A DNA stretch of 51,573 nt from positions 1-51,573 of the forward strand of contig JAGLNJ010000116.1 in the NCBI GenBank assembly GCA_023139575.1, written 5' to 3'. Within the stretch, counting starts at the first letter, position 1. Every line of letters starts with the position of its first letter. The position numbers and the translations under genes are program-made. The stretch comes from Candidatus Omnitrophota bacterium. GTDB lineage: Bacteria; Omnitrophota; Gorgyraeia; Zapsychrales; JANLHA01. The notes below the pieces were generated by a model. It saw only the letters and a list, made by a program, of their open reading frames with translations. It ran no database searches and had not been told where the DNA came from. Below are positions 46,101 to 51,573 of this stretch, piece after piece.

Positions 46101-47603
46101 TCATTTGGCAGGCAACACACGAATCGCACGCTTCGGCCTTACAGGGCACTTATTCTGACAAATGCCGCAACCGACACACTTCGACTCATCAACATAAGGT
46201 TTGTGGATCACTTTTCCTTCATGGATAGAAGTCTGCGTCTTAATAGCTTTATCCGCCACAGGGCAGTGCTCTTCGCAGACAATGCATTCTTTATTGTATG
46301 CCCATGCTAAACAGATTGAGCGATCGATTTTAGCCGTTCCCAACTTCGTTCTTCGTTTCTTTTCTTCATCGAGCCTGGCAATCGCACCTGTCGGGCAAAC
46401 ATTCCCGCATAGTGTACAATTATATTCGCAATAACCGACCTCGGGAACAAGCTGCGGCGTCCATACCCCCTGCCACCCGCTCTCCAGCATGACGGGCTGC
46501 AATCCATTGGTAACGCACACCTTCATGCAATTCCCACAGCGAACACAAGCATCAAGAAAAACTTCTTCCTTGAGAGCTCCCGGCGGACGGATCACAGGTC
46601 TTTGCGCGGGTAATTGCTTCTGTTTAAACCCAAACAAAGACAGGCCGCCTAAAAGAAATAGAAACTCAGATCTTGTTATGCCCTTTTCCGATTCAACGAC
46701 ATCCGGAGCCATTTGTTTGGAACCCGTCCGCCATGAAAACTTTGTTGCCCTCGTCGGACAACTATAAACACAATCCATGCAAAGAATACATTCCCCTTTA
46801 ACATAATCCTCATCTTCTTTTATCGCTCCCATACGGCAGTCATCCCGGCAATGGCCGCAACCTTTGCATTCAACAATTTGCCTTTCTAAAAATGCAAATT
46901 TACTAATCAATCCATACAAGGCTCCTAAAGGACACAACATCCTACACCAAAGACGGCTCATAAAAGCTGTGGCAAGAATAATCAAAAGGAACACAATAAA
47001 GGTCGTCAATGAATTGCTAAAAAAATGGACATCCACACCCAACAGCGATCCCCGCAAATCCCGGTAAAAATCATAAACCGGGCCATAAAGGTCAAAGCGT
47101 TGAATGAGCACCATAAAGGTTTTTTCTAAAGCCCAAGTTGTTCCGGGAATTATATTTAAAGAAATTACCCGGGCCAACATGACAATGGGATCCAGCACCC
47201 ATGCCACCTGGAATCCAAAAACGGCAAAGACAAAAATAACGCCCAGGAAATAAAATTTCACACTGCTAAGTTTCTTATTTTGTTTATCACTTTGAAGCAT
47301 TTTCTGATTTCTATGAAGTATTTTTCCCCCTGCATCAATAAGCGTTCCCAAGGGACATATCCAACCGCAAAAAAACCGGCCAAAGATAGCCGACAACAAC
47401 ACCATCACCGAGGAAAAAATAAAACCTGGCATCAAAACCCTACGGCTTAGAGCCGTAAAGAAAAAGATCAGCGGATCCAGCTTAAAAATAAATTGTGGGG
47501 AAATGGCCCCTTTTAAGGGATAGGTCGTGGACCAAAGAATATAGATAAATAAACCAAGGAAAACTAATTGGAAGAATTTTCTGAGGATAATGAGCTTGCG
47601 CAT
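46101..47603 (-). CDS. Membrane 4Fe-4S polyferredoxin (NapH-like fused to MauM/NapG-like)
   Basis: GRFFCGWICPLG, WCRMLCPLG, several CxxCxxCxxxC motifs, IRPPGA, CVRCGNC, CEYNC. Confidence 0.9.
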   Translation of the reverse strand: MRKLIILRKFFQLVFLGLFIYILWSTTYPLKGAISPQFIFKLDPLIFFFTALSRRVLMPGFIFSSVMVLLSAIFGRFFCGWICPLGTLIDAGGKILHRNQKMLQSDKQNKKLSSVKFYFLGVIFVFAVFGFQVAWVLDPIVMLARVISLNIIPGTTWALEKTFMVLIQRFDLYGPVYDFYRDLRGSLLGVDVHFFSNSLTTFIVFLLIILATAFMSRLWCRMLCPLGALYGLISKFAFLERQIVECKGCGHCRDDCRMGAIKEDEDYVKGECILCMDCVYSCPTRATKFSWRTGSKQMAPDVVESEKGITRSEFLFLLGGLSLFGFKQKQLPAQRPVIRPPGALKEEVFLDACVRCGNCMKVCVTNGLQPVMLESGWQGVWTPQLVPEVGYCEYNCTLCGNVCPTGAIARLDEEKKRRTKLGTAKIDRSICLAWAYNKECIVCEEHCPVADKAIKTQTSIHEGKVIHKPYVDESKCVGCGICQNKCPVRPKRAIRVLPAK

Positions 47604-47613
47604 AATAAAAAAT

Positions 47614-48594
47614 CTACAGGGCTACCGTTAATATATCCGCTTTCGCTGGATCAGTGATCCCATAGCCTCGATTAACGGCTTCTTTTATATTAGGAATAGT
47701 TTGCGGATCTCTTTTGACCAATTGTGCCGCGTAATAATCAGCCAAAGTGGCATCTTGAGAAGCAATAACCGTATCCAAATTGATTACATCTTCCAGATTA
47801 CCGCCGCTGGGCCCGTTCTTTGTCAACACGCGTGTGGCATCAATAACGGTAAGTTCCGGCTTAATATAATCGGTCAAATCCACTAACTTGCGTCCAATAT
47901 CCATATGTATCAACCCGCGCGTCCCGCTGCAAACACCCATCAGGTTCTTCATCGACAACGTCAACCCGGCCAAGCTGTGATCCTTGAGCACAGGAACATT
48001 GATAAAAGTATCACAGACAACAGCGTCCCGAATAATAGGCCAGTTTTCCATCGGACTTTTGTAAGGGAATTGCGCCTTGACGACATTCCAGTGATCCGCA
48101 AAAAAAACTTTCGCCCCTTTCTCTTTAGCTGCTTTTTCGATGCCGCTGTTCACATATACACGCCGAGCATCATTGCAGGGGACATCAAAAACATTAACAC
48201 GCTTGGCACCTGCCTTATAACAGAGTTCAACCAAAGCCGCCACCACTTGTGGATCAGTATTAGCTGCTTGTGCGGGGTTTCGGTCCCAAGCCATGTTGGG
48301 CTTCACGACGACAACATCACCCTTGTTGACAAAACGGCTCATGCCGCCTAATGCCGCAATGGCCTTCACAGTATTTTGATAAGGATCCTTGCCCGAGACA
48401 GAAATCAAATCATGATCCACCTTGATATCTTTTTTTTGCCGGGGCGGAAATTTCTTGCTTTTAGCAAAAGCGAATTTCAAAAATTTATTCTCCGCAATAA
48501 AAACCAAAATTGCTCCAAGACAAATCCGCAAAAATCCTCCTCGAGTAATATGCCGTCTTAAAAAGGACTCCAGATTGTATAATAGCTTTTCCAT
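47614..48594 (-). CDS. DUF362-domain protein with Tat-like N-terminus
   Basis: LGGMSRFV..GD.VVVKPN.AWDR, ANTDP, INVPVLKDH, TLSMKNLMG, GPSGG. Confidence 0.9.
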   Translation of the reverse strand: MEKLLYNLESFLRRHITRGGFLRICLGAILVFIAENKFLKFAFAKSKKFPPRQKKDIKVDHDLISVSGKDPYQNTVKAIAALGGMSRFVNKGDVVVVKPNMAWDRNPAQAANTDPQVVAALVELCYKAGAKRVNVFDVPCNDARRVYVNSGIEKAAKEKGAKVFFADHWNVVKAQFPYKSPMENWPIIRDAVVCDTFINVPVLKDHSLAGLTLSMKNLMGVCSGTRGLIHMDIGRKLVDLTDYIKPELTVIDATRVLTKNGPSGGNLEDVINLDTVIASQDATLADYYAAQLVKRDPQTIPNIKEAVNRGYGITDPAKADILTVAL

Positions 48595-48613
48595 AATTCA
48601 AGCTCCTTTGTAC

Positions 48614-49363
48614 TTACTTAAGATTCCGATCTCTTTTTTTCTCAATAAAGGCCGCCAAGATGATCCCCACTTCATAAAGGAGAAACATCGGCACGGCAAA
48701 AACCATCATGTTAACTAGATCCTGTGTCGGGGTAATGACTGCGGCGATAATAAGAATGATCAATAAGGCATACTTTCTTTGTTTTTTGAGCATAGCCGTC
48801 TTAATCATCCCCACTTCGGTTAACAAGCCAATGATAATAGGGATCTCAAAAATCACGCCGCCGATCAGCATGAAGGCCCCAAAAAAAGAAATATATTTGG
48901 CAATAGTAATATTGGGTGTCGCGACACCCTGACCGAAAAAAAGCAAAAACTTTAGTGCTGCGGGTAAGGCTATAAAATAGGAAAAATTAAGTCCCGCAAT
49001 GAAACCCAACATAGCCAAAGACATCCAAAAATAGGTGTTAGCCTTCCCTTTAGATGAAACGGCCGGTTCTATAAACTTCCAGGATTGATATAAAATAATC
49101 GGAAAGCAAATAAAAAACGCTGAAAGCAAGGACACTTTAATATAAGCCACAAAAACTTCCGAGGGCGTGATAAAAATAAGCTCGTCAACCATACCGTTGA
49201 TCGGCCGTTTAGCCAGAGACATAATCTTGTGCCCCTGTGAGAACATCACAATACCTGCAATAAGGAGGAATCCCAAGCATACCAGAAGACGTCGACGCAA
49301 TTCTTCCAAATGGCCGATAAAATCTAATTTCTGAGACTCCGGAGGGTATAAATCATTCATCAT
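48614..49363 (-). CDS. tatC: Twin-arginine translocase subunit TatC
   Basis: HLEELRRRL, YQSWKFIEP, FEIP, AAVITPTQD, PMFLLYE. Confidence 0.95.
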   Translation of the reverse strand: MMNDLYPPESQKLDFIGHLEELRRRLLVCLGFLLIAGIVMFSQGHKIMSLAKRPINGMVDELIFITPSEVFVAYIKVSLLSAFFICFPIILYQSWKFIEPAVSSKGKANTYFWMSLAMLGFIAGLNFSYFIALPAALKFLLFFGQGVATPNITIAKYISFFGAFMLIGGVIFEIPIIIGLLTEVGMIKTAMLKKQRKYALLIILIIAAVITPTQDLVNMMVFAVPMFLLYEVGIILAAFIEKKRDRNLK

Positions 49364-49541
49364 TCTTCATGTCTTTTCCGGATTTGCCATCAAAGTCATC
49401 CGTGAAAGCCTGCATGCCCTTTTTAAACTCACGCAAGGCCTTCCCCAGGGCCCGGCCGACTTCAGGAAGCCTTCCCGCCCCAAAAAAAAGCAAAGCCACC
49501 ACCATGATAAACAAAAGCTCTTGCCAACCAATTGCCGACAT
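49353..49541 (-). CDS. tatA: Twin-arginine translocase subunit TatA/E
   Basis: IGWQELL...LFFGAGRLPEVGRALGKALREFKKG; SD AAGGAG. Confidence 0.93.
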   Translation of the reverse strand: MSAIGWQELLFIMVVALLFFGAGRLPEVGRALGKALREFKKGMQAFTDDFDGKSGKDMKNDE

Positions 49542-49631
49542 CAAACACTCCTTCCACGCTAATATTCTTTTAAAACATCATTAATTCGAACCGCATTATA
49601 CCCTTTTAAATTTATAAAAACCAAAACAAAA

Positions 49632-50795
49632 TCAATCCTTTATCAACTTTTCTGATGTGCCAATAGGGGTAGGGTATCTGAAAACAACTATATAACTTGA
49701 CGCAATGAAGGTAAGTATCGTAACCAACTGAATGAACTGTGAAGCATCGCTGCTGATGTGGCCCAGCTCAAAGGCCAGAAGAGCCACCAGCAAGGAAAAC
49801 TCACTCAACTGCCCCAGTCGTATTCCGGTCTCTTTGGCAAAATCAGGGGTTTCCCCGGCTAAAACGAAAAATTTCTTAAACAGCCAGGGCTTAAGCACAA
49901 TAAAGATACTGCCCAGAATCAGTGCGGGCAGCAATATCGTCTTCATAACCAGCAAATCGAGTTTCGCGCCCAAAGTGAAGAAAAATAAGACCAGAAAAAA
50001 ATCGCGTAGTGGTTTTAACTTTTCAGAAATAAACAATGAGATTGGATGACGCGCCAAAACCACCCCCGCAAAAAAGGCCCCGGTTTCATAAAAAAGCCCC
50101 ATTTCATTGGAAATGGTCGCAATGCCAAAACACCATGCCAGACCCAACACAAACAATGTTTCATGCAGCCTCTCGACTTTCGCCATAATCTTTCTTAAAA
50201 CAAACTGCTCAAAAACGAGAAGAATCCCTATAAAGATAACAAGCTTGATAAGCAAAACCCCAAAACTTGCCGCTACCCCCTGTGGAGCCCCCAAACATCT
50301 GATCATGGCGAGTACCGTTATCGCCAAAAGATCTTGCATAATCAAGACCCCAATACAAATGGCTCCCATTTTTTGTTGATGCAATTTTGTCGTAGGGAGA
50401 AGCTTGACTGTCAATATGGTGCTGGAAAACATAAGGGCCAATCCTATACAAAGACTATCAACCATCCCAAATTGAAAAAAGCGGGCAAAAAGAAAAGCGA
50501 CCAAAAATGAAATGAGGCAGTTACCTAAGGTCGCGAAGAATGTCTTTCTGAAAAGTCTGACAAGTTTTTGAGGATGCAGACAAAGCCCTGCCAAAAAAAG
50601 CAAAAGCGTTATCCCAAGGTGAGAAATCAGCTCAATAAATTCGGCATTCTTAATCCAACCTATGCCCCACGGTCCAATGACTATGCCGCAAACAATATAA
50701 GCTATGATGATGGGTTGCTTCAAGAGGACAGCGAAAAAAGATAGAATAGCCGCTCCGACCAAAACGACACTCAAATCAAGAAAAAAACTTTCCAT
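49632..50795 (-). CDS. CPA2-family cation:proton antiporter (no RCK domain)
   Basis: KQPIIIAYIVCG...GP, LGITLLLFLAGL, FSST, QD, LRDFF...FF, GQLSEFS. Confidence 0.9.
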   Translation of the reverse strand: MESFFLDLSVVLVGAAILSFFAVLLKQPIIIAYIVCGIVIGPWGIGWIKNAEFIELISHLGITLLLFLAGLCLHPQKLVRLFRKTFFATLGNCLISFLVAFLFARFFQFGMVDSLCIGLALMFSSTILTVKLLPTTKLHQQKMGAICIGVLIMQDLLAITVLAMIRCLGAPQGVAASFGVLLIKLVIFIGILLVFEQFVLRKIMAKVERLHETLFVLGLAWCFGIATISNEMGLFYETGAFFAGVVLARHPISLFISEKLKPLRDFFLVLFFFTLGAKLDLLVMKTILLPALILGSIFIVLKPWLFKKFFVLAGETPDFAKETGIRLGQLSEFSLLVALLAFELGHISSDASQFIQLVTILTFIASSYIVVFRYPTPIGTSEKLIKD

Positions 50796-50842
50796 GTTTG
50801 ATATTATAGCAAAAAAGCCAAGGTTCAGCCCTTTTTCTTACG

Positions 50843-50889
50843 AAAAAAATCGGGACACATCCCTATTTAGGAAGTGTCCCGATTTTTTT
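50843..50889. terminator. Bidirectional hairpin / terminator AAAAAAATCGGGACAC...GTGTCCCGATTTTTTT
   Basis: Long perfect arms with A and T tails just downstream of the FKBP fragment. Confidence 0.75.
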
Positions 50890-50904
50890 GCCATTACGAC
50901 CTGC

Positions 50905-51164
50905 TTATTTAATCTCAGCAATCTTTACGTCAAATTTCAATTCTTCGCCTGCCAGCGGATGGTTAAAATTTACCACCACAACCTCTGCCTTCACTTCTTC
51001 AATGATTCCCGGCAAGGCCTGACCATTTTGCGTTTGCATTTGCAACATCATCCCCTTTTCTGGTGTCATATCAGGGGCCAAATTTGTTTTCGGAATTTCC
51101 ACTACTGCTCTCGGATCAACAGGGCCATAACCTTCTTCCGGAGAAACGACGACCACTTTTTCAT
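50905..51164 (-). pseudogene. FKBP-type peptidyl-prolyl isomerase (SlyD-like) lacking its N-terminal half
   Basis: VSPEEGYG...VVVNFNHPLAGEELKFDVKI C-terminal half present; out-of-frame ATGAAAAA at 51164 behind an SD-like sequence. Confidence 0.8.
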
Positions 51165-51200
51165 AATCACATCCGATCTTTGCGAATTGTTAAGTAGGCC

Positions 51201-51234
51201 AAAAAAAAAGGCCGGTATAATATACCGGCCTTTT
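51201..51234 (-). terminator. Rho-independent terminator of the cold-shock gene
   Basis: AAAAGGCCGGTAT/ATACCGGCCTTTT stem with 9-T tail on minus strand. Confidence 0.88.
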
Positions 51235-51245
51235 CAATCTTCTCG

Positions 51246-51446
51246 TTACATCTTCACTACGTCCTTGGCTTGCTCACCTTTCGGGCCTTCAACAATTTCA
51301 AACTCAACTTGCTGACCTTCCTCAATAGTTTTATAGCCTTCACCCTGGATCTCGCTATGATGAACGAATACATCTTTGCCAGATTCAGGCGTAATAAATC
51401 CATAACCCTTTTGATTACTGAACCATTTTACAATACCTTTAACCAT
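51246..51446 (-). CDS. cspA: Cold-shock protein (CspA family)
   Basis: GIVKWF..KGYGFI, DVFVHHS, GPKG; SD AAAGGAGG. Confidence 0.95.
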   Translation of the reverse strand: MVKGIVKWFSNQKGYGFITPESGKDVFVHHSEIQGEGYKTIEEGQQVEFEIVEGPKGEQAKDVVKM

Positions 51447-51472
51447 TTCGCACTTCCTCCTTTCAACGATAC

Positions 51473-51530
51473 TTGGGTAACCTATTTACCCAATAAAAAA
51501 ACCGCAAGGTAAGCTTCTTTTCCTTTGCGG
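51473..51530 (-). promoter_or_regulatory. Structured region upstream of csp: terminator-like hairpin plus second hairpin
   Basis: CCGCAAAGG...CCTTGCGG followed by T7, then TTGGGTAA/TTACCCAA just upstream of the SD. Confidence 0.5.
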
Positions 51531-51573
51531 CGTAAGACTCTTCATCCTTTTTCATAAAAATTATGCACTATTT

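Noticed and set aside
45878-46129. 83-aa ORF as a real gene
   Set aside because: Its start lies inside the polyferredoxin gene with no SD; treated as a possible remnant only
50704-51315. 203-aa plus-strand ORF and the many other short antisense ORFs in the track
   Set aside because: Shadow frames opposite well-supported genes, crossing terminators, without motifs

Overview
Bacterial chromosomal window in standard code 11 with about 50 CDS, mostly on the minus strand. I recognised no rRNA, tRNA, CRISPR array, integrase or intact transposase. The gene style (Ser-type class III pilin, MORN-repeat proteins, TIGR04073 protein, YfhO-like GT-C proteins, B12 radical SAMs) suggests an anaerobic PVC-type lineage such as Omnitrophota; this is inference. 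Housekeeping genes are a MoxR ATPase, mdh, fba, tatAC, a cold-shock protein, MscS and a CPA2 antiporter. The most unusual features are: (1) an AmmeMemoRadiSam radical SAM enzyme lacking its usual N-terminal 'EAxYW' segment, flanked by two separate ORFs (a membrane FMN-binding protein and a 56-aa Tat-like peptide) that each END in that motif, suggesting a split enzyme completed in trans; (2) an operon with two radical SAM enzymes, a dehydrogenase, an epimerase, a GT2 and a flippase, near two GT-C transferases; (3) a carboxyethyl-ornithine-synthase-like plus ATP-grasp gene pair; (4) an arsP/E/F/G-like operon led by DUF134, with a perfect palindrome over a consensus promoter; (5) a group IIC intron D5-D6 relic at the edge of an AT-rich accessory block; (6) two covarying copies of a composite REP-like hairpin; (7) three broken genes (alkD, flavoredoxin, slyD-like). 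All family calls come from motif recognition by eye, not database searches.
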